Origin: a virus
Lineage: Duplodnaviria > Caudoviricetes
Virus record (IMG/VR): IMGVR_UViG_2856153290_000001
Location: 1-64,000 of that record
DNA: 64,000 nt
Direction: 5' to 3' (one strand)
Below are positions 28,081 to 37,091 of the stretch, piece by piece. The translations under genes were made by a program, and so were the position numbers. The notes beneath the pieces were generated by a model that saw only the letters and a program-made list of their open reading frames with translations, ran no database searches and was not told where the DNA came from. Numbering within the stretch: position 1 is the stretch's first letter; every line of letters begins with the position of its first letter.

Positions 28081-28755
28081 ATGGAGCAGGTTGAGGTAGC
28101 AGCCAAGGCAGCGATAGGGCGCCGTCGAAACGGTGGGCCAGGCGTGCCCACCCGGCAAGAGCAGGTGATGCTCGCTCGCCAGGTGGGCGACAGGTTGCGG
28201 GAAGCCAGGGAGATGCAGGGCTATTCGCAGGTCAAGGCCGCCCAGCTGCTGGGGTACGCCAACTCCGCCAAGCTGGCCAAGATCGAGCTCGGCAACTACA
28301 GCTCGCAGATTCCGCTGTGGGTGGTGAAGCGCGCCGCCCTGCTCTATGACGTCTCCGTCGACTACCTGCTGGGTAACACGGAGAGCATGGAGATCGGCGA
28401 GAAGCGCAGCCACGCCGCCCGGGATGCCATCATCCTGATGCGTGAGGAGTGGGAGCGCCAACGCTGGCGGGACATGATCGCCACCCGCCAGGTGCAGGAG
28501 CGCGTCGAAGCCGTCGAGGAGCTGGTCAACCTGATGTCCAAGCAGGTCGGCGAGGCATGCGAGGCGCTGTCCCGCGTCGAGGAGCTGAACCCGCGCCGCT
28601 GGGAGAACGTCAAGGGCGGATCACGCCTGCAGTCCGCCGTCGAGCGTGCCGCCGCCACGGGACGCACTGCCGATTCCAAGCTCAAGCGTCTGCATCGCGA
28701 CGCGCGTTCCGCTGCCGGCGGTGTGCAGCCCGAACTGGAGCTGGTGTACACCTGA
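28081..28755 (+). CDS. XRE-family HTH regulator (candidate late-gene activator)
   Basis: VGDRLREAREMQGYSQVKAAQLLG...VSVDYLLG; directly upstream of terS. Confidence 0.75.
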   Translation: MEQVEVAAKAAIGRRRNGGPGVPTRQEQVMLARQVGDRLREAREMQGYSQVKAAQLLGYANSAKLAKIELGNYSSQIPLWVVKRAALLYDVSVDYLLGNTESMEIGEKRSHAARDAIILMREEWERQRWRDMIATRQVQERVEAVEELVNLMSKQVGEACEALSRVEELNPRRWENVKGGSRLQSAVERAAATGRTADSKLKRLHRDARSAAGGVQPELELVYT

Positions 28756-29732
28756 TGGCGAAGTTGTCGGAACAGCAGTGGCGCAAGGCGAGGGAAACCT
28801 GGGAAGCGGATTCGCGCGACGGCTACGCCTGGCTGATTCGGGAATTGGGGCTCGACGTGTCGGGCCCTGCCGTGCGCAAGCGCGCCCTCAAGGAGGAGTG
28901 GATCAAGGGCGGCAGCGAGGCGAAACCCGCCCGGAAACCGAAAACCCAGAAACCCAAGGCGAAAACCGGAAACCGGAAACCTCGGCAGAAACCGGAAACC
29001 CCCGTCGAGGAGCTGGAAGAGCTGCCGCCCGAGTTGGCAGATAAGGCGGTACCGCTGGAAGACGCCGAAACCATCCCCTGGGACGAGGCCGGAGAGGAGG
29101 AGGGCGGCGCATCTCACAACTTCACCCTAACGCGCGTATGCACACAATCGCTCGAGGAGGACTTCGGCGACAGCCCGCTGCATGAGATCTACGAAACCGA
29201 TGCCAGCGGCCGCACCAAGTACCGCCGTCAGTACGCACGGCTCGCCTACAAGCATGCCCTGCTGGGTGCCACGCCCGCCCATGTCGCCAGCCTGCTCGAG
29301 GTGACGGAGCGCACCGTCTACGACTGGATGGAAGCGCACCCCGAATTTCGCGCCGCCATGGAGCAAGGGCGCGTCGACGCCGACGCCAACGTGGCGCGCT
29401 CGCTGTACAAGAAGGCCACCGGCTACACGCATCAGGCGGTCAAGGTGTTCCAGTACCAGGGCGCGCCCGTGGTGGTGCCCTACACCGAGATCGTTCCCCC
29501 GGATACCGAGGCGGCGAAGTTCTGGCTCAAGAATCGCCAGCCCGAGCTGTGGAAGGAGAAGGTCGAGATCGAGGAGAAGCCGAGCATTGCCCTGGTGGAT
29601 CGCGAAGCTCGCCGGGAGCGCATCGAGGCCGCCCTGGCCAAGGCGGCTCAGGTCGAGCGCGAGATGCGCAACCGTGCCGACCGCCTGGGGCTGATCATCG
29701 ACGGCAGCACGGGCGAGGTCGACGATGGCTAA
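28755..29732 (+). CDS. Terminase small subunit (PacA-like)
   Basis: N-terminal HTH; GRTKY, VARSLYKKATGY, PPDTEAAKFWLKNR; precedes terL. Confidence 0.85.
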   Translation: MAKLSEQQWRKARETWEADSRDGYAWLIRELGLDVSGPAVRKRALKEEWIKGGSEAKPARKPKTQKPKAKTGNRKPRQKPETPVEELEELPPELADKAVPLEDAETIPWDEAGEEEGGASHNFTLTRVCTQSLEEDFGDSPLHEIYETDASGRTKYRRQYARLAYKHALLGATPAHVASLLEVTERTVYDWMEAHPEFRAAMEQGRVDADANVARSLYKKATGYTHQAVKVFQYQGAPVVVPYTEIVPPDTEAAKFWLKNRQPELWKEKVEIEEKPSIALVDREARRERIEAALAKAAQVEREMRNRADRLGLIIDGSTGEVDDG

Positions 29733-31248
29733 GAAGCGCACCTTGCTGCACGAGGATCCGCGCTGGGAGGACTTCAGCGACGACTTCGCCGGCGACCTGG
29801 TGGGCTTCGCAATCGATGTCGTCGAGCTACCGCCGACGCCCCAGCAGATCACGCTCTACAACAGTGTGGCGCCGTCGCGCTCCATGGTCAGCGTGTCGTC
29901 GGGACACGGCACGGGCAAGACGACTGCCCTGGCGACCATCGTGCTGTGGCACATGCTGTGCTACCCGCAGTCGATCACGCTGCTGACCGCCAACGACATG
30001 GCCCAGCTGAAGGCCACGCTGTGGAAGGAGATCGGCCTGGCCGTCGAGCGTATCCGGCGCGGGCCCTATGGCTGGCTGGCCGAGCATATCGAGATCCTGG
30101 CCAATGGCCAGATGCGCATCATCGGCTTCCCCGACACATGGTTCGTCGAGTCCAAGACCGCCAACGAGAAGACCGCCAACAAGATGGCTGGCCGCCACGG
30201 TGAGTGGTTGATGATCATCGGCGACGAGGCGTCGACGCTGCCCGATGCGGTGCTGACCACCCTGCGCGGGGCGCTGACCGAAGAACACAACCGCATGCTG
30301 CTGACCTCGCAGCCGACCCGCAACGCCGGTTTCTTCTATCGGACGCACCACGACCTGAGCAAGCTCAACGGCGGCGACTGGACACCGCTGGTGTTCTCCT
30401 CGCTGGAGTCGCCGCTGGTCAGCGACCAGGCCTTGAAGGAGCTGTGGGACAGCTACGACGACGACGAGCGTCGCGTGCGCCTGCTGGGCCAGTTCCCGCA
30501 GGAGTCGGGCAAGCACATGATGAACCTGCCCGCGGCCGAGGCCATGTATCGCCGGGGGCGGATCATCGGCGACGACGAGCCCTATGGCTGGGTGGTGCTG
30601 TCCGACATCGCCAGCGGCGAAGGCCTGCGCGACAAGAGCACCGTTGTGGTCGCCCGCATCATCGGTTACGGGGAGCGCGGCCCCGACGCGCGGCGCGTCG
30701 AGATCGTGACCGTGCCGGTGCTGACCAACAACGTGCGCAGCAACCGCTTTGCCGGGCTGGTGGCGGAGAGCGGCGACCCCTACGACGGCGTGACCTACGT
30801 GGTGGACTCCGGCGGCCTGGGCATCAACGTCTGCCAGGACCTGGAGGACATGGGCAAGCCCGTCCACCGCGTCAACTGGGGCAATCCATGCTTCCAGAAC
30901 AAGAACAAGGATCGCTACATGAACCTGCGGGCACAGGCCATGCACCAGGCCGCGCGCGCCGCCAAGGAAGGGCGGTTGTCGATCCTGACCGGCGAGCACC
31001 GCAAGACCATGCTGTCGCAGTCGAGCCGTATCCCGAAGACCTTCACCGACAAGGGGCGGATTCGCGTGCCGCCGAAGCACAGCAAGGAGTGGGAGGGCAT
31101 GCCATCCCCCGACCTGTGGGACGCCGTGTGCTTTGCCTTCCTGGAGGGGTTGATCTACACCGCCAGCCAGGAAGGCGACGGCGACGGGCGCTCGCTGGGC
31201 GACTCGCTGGAGAGCGAGGCCGAAGCCTTGTTCGACGACGTGGTGTAA
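29725..31248 (+). CDS. Terminase large subunit (P1 PacB-like)
   Basis: Walker A SGHGTGKT, Walker B IIGDEA, nuclease SDIA...SPDLWD. Confidence 0.92.
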   Translation: MAKKRTLLHEDPRWEDFSDDFAGDLVGFAIDVVELPPTPQQITLYNSVAPSRSMVSVSSGHGTGKTTALATIVLWHMLCYPQSITLLTANDMAQLKATLWKEIGLAVERIRRGPYGWLAEHIEILANGQMRIIGFPDTWFVESKTANEKTANKMAGRHGEWLMIIGDEASTLPDAVLTTLRGALTEEHNRMLLTSQPTRNAGFFYRTHHDLSKLNGGDWTPLVFSSLESPLVSDQALKELWDSYDDDERRVRLLGQFPQESGKHMMNLPAAEAMYRRGRIIGDDEPYGWVVLSDIASGEGLRDKSTVVVARIIGYGERGPDARRVEIVTVPVLTNNVRSNRFAGLVAESGDPYDGVTYVVDSGGLGINVCQDLEDMGKPVHRVNWGNPCFQNKNKDRYMNLRAQAMHQAARAAKEGRLSILTGEHRKTMLSQSSRIPKTFTDKGRIRVPPKHSKEWEGMPSPDLWDAVCFAFLEGLIYTASQEGDGDGRSLGDSLESEAEALFDDVV

Positions 31249-31279
31249 CATATCGGCTTCAGGGGATAGAAGGGATCTA

Positions 31280-32365
31280 ATGATGAAAACAGGAGTGATG
31301 GCAGCGCTTTTTGCAGGAGTGGTGGCGACCACCGCTTATGCCGAGCCGCTGTTTGAAGTGAACGAAAGGCTGGCGGATATCGAAGCGCGGCAACAGGCAG
31401 AGCGCCATGCCGCCCAGTCCACTACCAGACAGAGCGAGGCAATTGCCGAGGAGCGTCAGCGTGCGGCAGACAGAGCAAGGGCTGAACGAGAGCGCCTGAA
31501 TGCCGAGCACGAGCGCCGGCAGCAGGAAGTTCGCCAGTCGAGAGAGCAGGCCGTGTCCGCCTGGGAGAACGCCCCTCGCCTGAATGACCGTCAGGCCCAG
31601 TTCATCAACGATGTCTTCGGAGGTGTCTACTCCCAATCAGACGAGTACGTTGCGGGCATCGGCCGCGTGTCGCAGTCCATGCTCAGGGTGGGGGTCGAAG
31701 GTGGTCGGCTCCACATGGCATTCGCCAACCGATCGCTGAATCCCGTCGTTGAATCCATCGATGAGGAGAATCGCTCGTTCAACTTCCGCATCGGCGGGGG
31801 AAGGCTGGCCACAATGCAGCGCTCCCCCAATATGGCGGTTCTGACGGGGTATAACGGCACCCAATACCTCTATTTCGTGCGCAGCCTCGCCGGAGAGGAT
31901 CGTGAGCGGCTTGGAATGCCGCGCCAGGGGGTGGCAGCAGGTAGTGGCGGGCAGCCCCAGGCTGCTCAGGGCGCCCGCTCGGGCTCCGCAATTCTGACCG
32001 GCGACCAGGTGCAGCAGATCACTGCCATGATGCTTGATGCCTACCGGGACGGCCGGGCCGAAGAAATGTATCGCACCGAGATGCAGTGCTGGGTAGATGT
32101 GCCTGCCGGCGGCGGGCAGCGTGACGTGACCATGGAGGCGTGTGCCGTGGCTAACTTTGCCGCTACGGTTATTGAGGTTGCGAATGCCGACGAGCAAGGT
32201 CGCCGCCCGCATGCTGAGTACGATGCTGACGAGGCGATGAGCCGCGTCCTATCCCAGTGGTCTGCGCATGGCATGGAGGAGTCAGCGCTATCTGAGCGCC
32301 TGATGCAATCAGTGGATGCCAACATGAACACCATCGTTGCTGCACTGGAAGCGGCAGGAATGTAG
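31280..32365 (+). CDS. Exported hypothetical protein (moron)
   Basis: Signal peptide MMKTGVMAALFAGVVATTAYA; coiled coil; atypical codon usage. Confidence 0.7.
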   Translation: MMKTGVMAALFAGVVATTAYAEPLFEVNERLADIEARQQAERHAAQSTTRQSEAIAEERQRAADRARAERERLNAEHERRQQEVRQSREQAVSAWENAPRLNDRQAQFINDVFGGVYSQSDEYVAGIGRVSQSMLRVGVEGGRLHMAFANRSLNPVVESIDEENRSFNFRIGGGRLATMQRSPNMAVLTGYNGTQYLYFVRSLAGEDRERLGMPRQGVAAGSGGQPQAAQGARSGSAILTGDQVQQITAMMLDAYRDGRAEEMYRTEMQCWVDVPAGGGQRDVTMEACAVANFAATVIEVANADEQGRRPHAEYDADEAMSRVLSQWSAHGMEESALSERLMQSVDANMNTIVAALEAAGM

Positions 32366-32399
32366 GCCAGGACGCCGCGCTCTACCTGCCGAGAGGCTG

Positions 32400-32759
32400 A
32401 TGATGACGGCGACATTGAACGAGGTGCGAACGATGCACATCGGAAGCAAGAGCGAGATTGCTGCGACGGTAGGCGCACAAGCCAGGAGTCGGCAGCCCGG
32501 CGACATCGAGCGGGCCCTGGCCGCCAGGGTGTTCGGGGCCGTTGACGACGAGGCCGGCCAGCTGCTGACGACCGGCTGCGAGCCCGTCGAGGAGACCGAA
32601 CCCCTGACCCTGGAGCGCCTCACCGAGATGGTCGACCGCCTGAGGCTTCGCAATCAGTCCGAAAGCCCGTTCCCGCCCAGCCATCCGCTGCACGGCGCCT
32701 GGGAGATTACCGAGAGGCGCCGCCGGGACTGGTTGATGGCGGTGGATCCGTCATGCTGA
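32400..32759 (+). CDS. Hypothetical protein
   Basis: GAGG RBS before ATGATG; start uncertain. Confidence 0.5.
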   Translation: MMTATLNEVRTMHIGSKSEIAATVGAQARSRQPGDIERALAARVFGAVDDEAGQLLTTGCEPVEETEPLTLERLTEMVDRLRLRNQSESPFPPSHPLHGAWEITERRRRDWLMAVDPSC

Positions 32760-32947
32760 GGCTGGTATCTCAGTGGTTGAGGCGGCGGGTGGCGCAAGAC
32801 GATGCCCTGGACGAGCGTGACCTGCCCGACGCCGACCTTCGCAATCCGTTCGAGGGCGACTGGCTGGACGCTCACGAGCGCGCCACCGGCGAGCGCGTTC
32901 GTCTTTCCGCCCCGGGCCATGTAGGAAAACCCGACCGGGAGCGGTGA
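32753..32947 (+). CDS. Small hypothetical protein
   Basis: Overlaps the upstream stop. Confidence 0.4.
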   Translation: MLRLVSQWLRRRVAQDDALDERDLPDADLRNPFEGDWLDAHERATGERVRLSAPGHVGKPDRER

Positions 32948-32964
32948 CACCCCTCCCGCATCAT
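32924..32964 (+). promoter_or_regulatory. Late promoter motif 1
   Basis: GGAAAA-N29-CATCAT upstream of the head protease gene. Confidence 0.7.
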
Positions 32965-32997
32965 GCCCCCATGGGAGTCAACCGTGAGGGCATCACC

Positions 32998-33819
32998 ATG
33001 CAGCAACCTCCGCTGATCAAGTACAACCTGAAGGAGCGTGGCCGCCAGTTCCGTGGCGTGGAGCGCAACTTCGACATTCCGGCCATCGTGGCCAGCGTCA
33101 ACAGTCCCGCCACGCAGGAGCGCGTGGCCACGCGCGGCATGTTGGGCTACTTCGGCCATTGGCCGCGCGTGCGCTTCGGCATGGAGCCCGCCGAGGGCGG
33201 CATGGCCGATGGCAAGGCCCAAGCCGTCGAGCCGGCGGTGGTCACCACCCATCTGCGGGCCTACGACGACGGCACCATCGAGCACCAGACCGAGTTCCTG
33301 GACACCGCCACCGGGCAACTGGCGTCGCGCATGTACGCCAATCGCGTCGGCGGCTTCTCGTCTGCCATCGACCCGCGCAAGCCTGAGCTCTACGGCTTCG
33401 ACTGGGTGAACGACCCGAACTACTCGACCAACCGGGGCTATGACCTGGTGCTGGACAGCGTGACCAGCGGCGAAATGTCCTTCGATGACGTGCTGGCGGC
33501 CGAGCACGCCGACCAGATGGACGCCATGAACCGGCTGTTCGAGATGATGGACGCCAGCATGCGCCTGGCCCTGGATTCCGCCGCCCGCTTCGAGCGCGAG
33601 AACAGCGAGCTGCTCGATCTGCTGAGCAAGCACGAAGAGGCTGGCAAGGCCGTGCTGACCGACAGCGCGGCCACGCCCCGCGACGTGACCAAGCAGCTGG
33701 AGCGCGACCGCCAGTTCTTCATGGACAGCGCGCTGCCGCGCTTCCAGGATCCCGAGGCGAAAGTGGAGAACGACCGCGACTACCTGCGCCTGAAGCGTCG
33801 GATGTTCCTCCATGTTTGA
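32998..33819 (+). CDS. Prohead processing protease (P1 Pro-like)
   Basis: GYFGH, IEHQTEFLDT, VGGFSSA, YGFDWVNDPNY motifs. Confidence 0.75.
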   Translation: MQQPPLIKYNLKERGRQFRGVERNFDIPAIVASVNSPATQERVATRGMLGYFGHWPRVRFGMEPAEGGMADGKAQAVEPAVVTTHLRAYDDGTIEHQTEFLDTATGQLASRMYANRVGGFSSAIDPRKPELYGFDWVNDPNYSTNRGYDLVLDSVTSGEMSFDDVLAAEHADQMDAMNRLFEMMDASMRLALDSAARFERENSELLDLLSKHEEAGKAVLTDSAATPRDVTKQLERDRQFFMDSALPRFQDPEAKVENDRDYLRLKRRMFLHV

Positions 33820-34537
33820 GCCGGTCAAGGCCGGGCTCGGCGAGTTCATGCAGGCGTTCTATGCCGAGGTGGTGCCGACCACGCGCCCCCTGGTCGAATT
33901 CGTCGAGCGCGGCTTCCCGTACTGCGTAGCCTGGGCGCCGACGCGCATGGTCGACCGGGCCGAGGAGATGCTGGCCGCCTACCAGCGCAACGACACGCGC
34001 CAGGGGCCGACACGGCCGCCCGACCTGCCGGTCATCCTGGTGGCCGTGGCCAAGGACTGGGTGCCGGCCGGCCGCGAGTTCACGACGCAGATCGCCGACC
34101 CGGTGGACATCACCTTTCCCGACGACCCGAAACAGCGCTACTTCCGCGTCAAGGCAGTGGCCGGCGACGTCAGGGCGCAGGTGGCCATCTTCGCCAGCGA
34201 CGAGCCGACGGCCAAGAGCCTGGCCGCCCAGCTGCTGCTGTTCCTCGACTCGCCGAGCCGGCGCCGCTTCCTGGCGCGCTACCCGTTCGCCGGCCTCGAG
34301 CACGAGTACCCGGCTCAGGTGGAGGCGCCCGACAACCCGGCCTCGAGCATCGACACCGGCAGCCAGAACCTGACCGTGCTGGCCGTCGACCTGACGCTGA
34401 AGTGCACGGTACCCATCTTCATGGCGCCCAAGGCCGGCGAGCCCAACGACGGCAAGGGCACGCCCGGTACCGACGACCCGGCGGGCTACCCGCTCACCAA
34501 CGAGGTCGATGCCGTCGGCCAGGAGCCGAGCCCATGA
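33812..34537 (+). CDS. Virion structural protein (tail completion/neck-like)
   Basis: Late-operon position; LPVI motif. Confidence 0.55.
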   Translation: MFEPVKAGLGEFMQAFYAEVVPTTRPLVEFVERGFPYCVAWAPTRMVDRAEEMLAAYQRNDTRQGPTRPPDLPVILVAVAKDWVPAGREFTTQIADPVDITFPDDPKQRYFRVKAVAGDVRAQVAIFASDEPTAKSLAAQLLLFLDSPSRRRFLARYPFAGLEHEYPAQVEAPDNPASSIDTGSQNLTVLAVDLTLKCTVPIFMAPKAGEPNDGKGTPGTDDPAGYPLTNEVDAVGQEPSP

Positions 34538-35019
34538 TCGAGCTGCAAGCCAATATCGCCGGCTATGCCGGCCGTCCGGCCACGGTGTTCGCCGCCTATG
34601 ACGAAGACACCGGCATCCTGGTGGTGGCCGCGTCCGTCGACCTGCGCCCGCGGCGACCTGGCTGCGTGCTGATCGAGACCGAGACCCGGGCCGACCGGGA
34701 CTCGCTGTTCGCCTACACCGACCTGAGAGAGGCCATCACCGCCTACTACGACCTGAAGGGCAGTGTGGCGTCCGATGGTCGCAGCGCCAGGCTGCGCTTC
34801 GCCGAGCGCGCCATGCGGGCCGATCCGGCAGGCGGTATCGAGATGGATGGCGTCGACGTCACGGGGCCGCTCTACCGCATCTCCCCGGACACCGGCAATG
34901 CGCAGGTCGGCGCCCTGGCGCTGTGCCGCTACGTCAAGCGCTACTCCGCGGTGGCCGATGTCGTCAACATGGCCGACGACCTGAACAATCTGCTGTCCGG
35001 CAGGGTGGTGACCATATGA
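34534..35019 (+). CDS. Hypothetical morphogenesis protein
   Basis: ATGA-coupled in the late operon. Confidence 0.6.
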   Translation: MIELQANIAGYAGRPATVFAAYDEDTGILVVAASVDLRPRRPGCVLIETETRADRDSLFAYTDLREAITAYYDLKGSVASDGRSARLRFAERAMRADPAGGIEMDGVDVTGPLYRISPDTGNAQVGALALCRYVKRYSAVADVVNMADDLNNLLSGRVVTI

Positions 35020-35354
35020 GCGTCGACCATCACAGCCAGGCCGCGCGCGTCTACTACCGCCTGGTGCGCGACTTCGCCCAGTCGGTGCAGCCCTGGGAGC
35101 AGGCCATCTATCACGACGTGGCGCCCGACGAGCGCTGGGACATCACGCTGACCGCGCGCAAGGTCTACGGCGATGCCGGTGAGTTTCTGGCCGTCATGGC
35201 CGCCGCCGGGCTGGATTCCGTCGACCAGCCTCTGGAGCAGCAGCGCCTGGTGCTGCCCACCGCTGACCGCCTGCGCGCGTTCAAGCGCCGCGCCGGTTTC
35301 GAGTCGCGCGCCGACCACCGCAAGGGCGGCCGCCCGACGTGGAGGACTGACTGA
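35016..35354 (+). CDS. Baseplate wedge protein (LysM/tail-X-like)
   Basis: ERWDITLTARKVYG...LVLP pattern. Confidence 0.6.
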   Translation: MSVDHHSQAARVYYRLVRDFAQSVQPWEQAIYHDVAPDERWDITLTARKVYGDAGEFLAVMAAAGLDSVDQPLEQQRLVLPTADRLRAFKRRAGFESRADHRKGGRPTWRTD

Positions 35355-36409
35355 TGGCCGGAGACCGGCGAGCCATAGGCCGCTTGAGCGGCAGTGCCGG
35401 CGAGGCGCGCGCCCGCGCCCGCCAGGACGCCGACGAGCGCAGAGCGGCGCCCAACATCCTCAACCCCAACGAGGTGCGCGGCGACTACGACGCCGGCCGC
35501 CTGCTGATGACCACCCTGGGCGGACAGGTGCGGCCGATCACCGCCGACGACCTGGCCATGTTCCGCCACAACGCCCGCATGGCCGGTCAGCGCTTCAAGG
35601 GCGGCATCACGGCACGCCAGGTGGTCGACATGTCGCTGTTCGATGACCGGAAACGCGCCCGCCGCCAGATCACCACCGCGGTACCGACGGCCGGCCGAGG
35701 CCTGCGCGGCAGCAACGGCCAGGTGAGCTCCCTGGAGGTGCGCTTCATCACCAACGCGGGGCCGGACAGCGACGTCAGCCGCCACCACGTCACCGTGGAG
35801 TTCACCGGCTACCAGACGGCCATCGCGTCCGGCGCGGAGTCGCCCCAGCGGGCCGCCGCCCGCCTGCGCAAAGAGGGCGTGCGCTTCGACTGCGACTGCG
35901 GTCGGCACCGCTACTGGTTTCGCTACATCGCCACCATCGGCCGCTACAACGCCGGCCGGCCGGAGACCGGCTATCCCAAGATCCGTAACCCGAAGCTCAA
36001 CGGCGTGGCCTGCAAGCACGTGCTGCGCGTCATGGCCGAGATCGAGGGCGGCAGCGCCGTGCAGGCCTTCCTGGCCCGCGCCATCGCCAAGGGGCGCCAA
36101 TCCGAGGATGGCGCCGGCCATATCCGCCAGCGGCAGCAGGAGGCCGAGCGCCTGGCCGAGAAACAGGCTAGGCGCCCCCGGGGAGGGCCATCCAGTACCG
36201 GCGACCGCGACTACGACCGTGCACGGCGCGCGCTGCGCCGGCAGAGCCGGGCGACCACCACCAAGCCCAAGCGCACGGCCAGCGGCAGCAAGCGCATGCA
36301 GGCCCTGGGTGCGACGCCCGGCGCTAGGGATAAGCTGGTAGAGGCAGCCAGGCAGCTGGGCCTAACGCCAGAACAGGCTGTCGCCATTCTTCAGGGAGGT
36401 AAGCGGTAA
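35354..36409 (+). CDS. SWIM-zinc-finger morphogenesis protein
   Basis: FDCDC...YWFRY...RNP...ACKH. Confidence 0.65.
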   Translation: MAGDRRAIGRLSGSAGEARARARQDADERRAAPNILNPNEVRGDYDAGRLLMTTLGGQVRPITADDLAMFRHNARMAGQRFKGGITARQVVDMSLFDDRKRARRQITTAVPTAGRGLRGSNGQVSSLEVRFITNAGPDSDVSRHHVTVEFTGYQTAIASGAESPQRAAARLRKEGVRFDCDCGRHRYWFRYIATIGRYNAGRPETGYPKIRNPKLNGVACKHVLRVMAEIEGGSAVQAFLARAIAKGRQSEDGAGHIRQRQQEAERLAEKQARRPRGGPSSTGDRDYDRARRALRRQSRATTTKPKRTASGSKRMQALGATPGARDKLVEAARQLGLTPEQAVAILQGGKR

Positions 36410-36933
36410 TGCTCAACAACGTGCCGTCCGGCATCAATGCCATGGCCCGCAACGTCATCATCCGGCATCCCAACGCCTACAACTGCGAGGTCTATCGCCG
36501 CCAGATCGGCCGCCCCGACCCGGAAGCCGGCGGCGCGCCGACGCTGGGCGGCATGATGGTGCTCAACCCCGAGGACGAGGACGACATCCGCTGGGAGATG
36601 GTCGGCCTGGGCTTCGCCTTGCCGGCCGAGCAGTTCCAACCGTCGCAGATGATGGACCGGCGCGACGCCAACAACGGCTATGCCGACGAGCTGCGCTTCC
36701 TGATCGAGCCCGAGGAGATGATCGGCGAGCCCGGCGGCTTCGAGGTCAAGAACCGCGACGTCATCTACCTGCGGCTGGGGGAGGGCGAGCAGGCGCCGAA
36801 GATCGCCTACGAGATCATCGCCGTCGAGGCCGTGGTCAACGTGCCGCCCTTCGTGCCGCGCTACGTCGTCAACCGCCGCGACGACCTGGACATCCTCGAT
36901 CCCGACGAGCCGGAAGACGACGAAATCGCCTGA
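36409..36933 (+). CDS. Virion (neck/head-closure-like) protein
   Basis: Late-operon position; coupled start. Confidence 0.55.
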   Translation: MLNNVPSGINAMARNVIIRHPNAYNCEVYRRQIGRPDPEAGGAPTLGGMMVLNPEDEDDIRWEMVGLGFALPAEQFQPSQMMDRRDANNGYADELRFLIEPEEMIGEPGGFEVKNRDVIYLRLGEGEQAPKIAYEIIAVEAVVNVPPFVPRYVVNRRDDLDILDPDEPEDDEIA

Positions 36934-36954
36934 TCCTTGCTGCTGTCGACCGTT

Positions 36955-36977
36955 GCCGGCCACGCGCCGGCTTTTTT
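36955..36977 (+). terminator. Intrinsic terminator
   Basis: GCCGGC-cacgc-GCCGGC-TTTTTT. Confidence 0.8.
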
Positions 36978-36991
36978 GTGCCCGCAAACCC

Positions 36992-37032
36992 GGAAAATCG
37001 CCCGCCGACCCGTCCGGGAGCGGGCTCAGACT
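36992..37032 (+). promoter_or_regulatory. Late promoter motif 2
   Basis: GGAAAA-N29-CAGACT upstream of the capsid gene. Confidence 0.7.
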
Positions 37033-37091
37033 CACCCTATCCGGCCACCTGGTCGGCCTTGCACCTACCGTAGAGCAAAGGAGAGAGGGCT

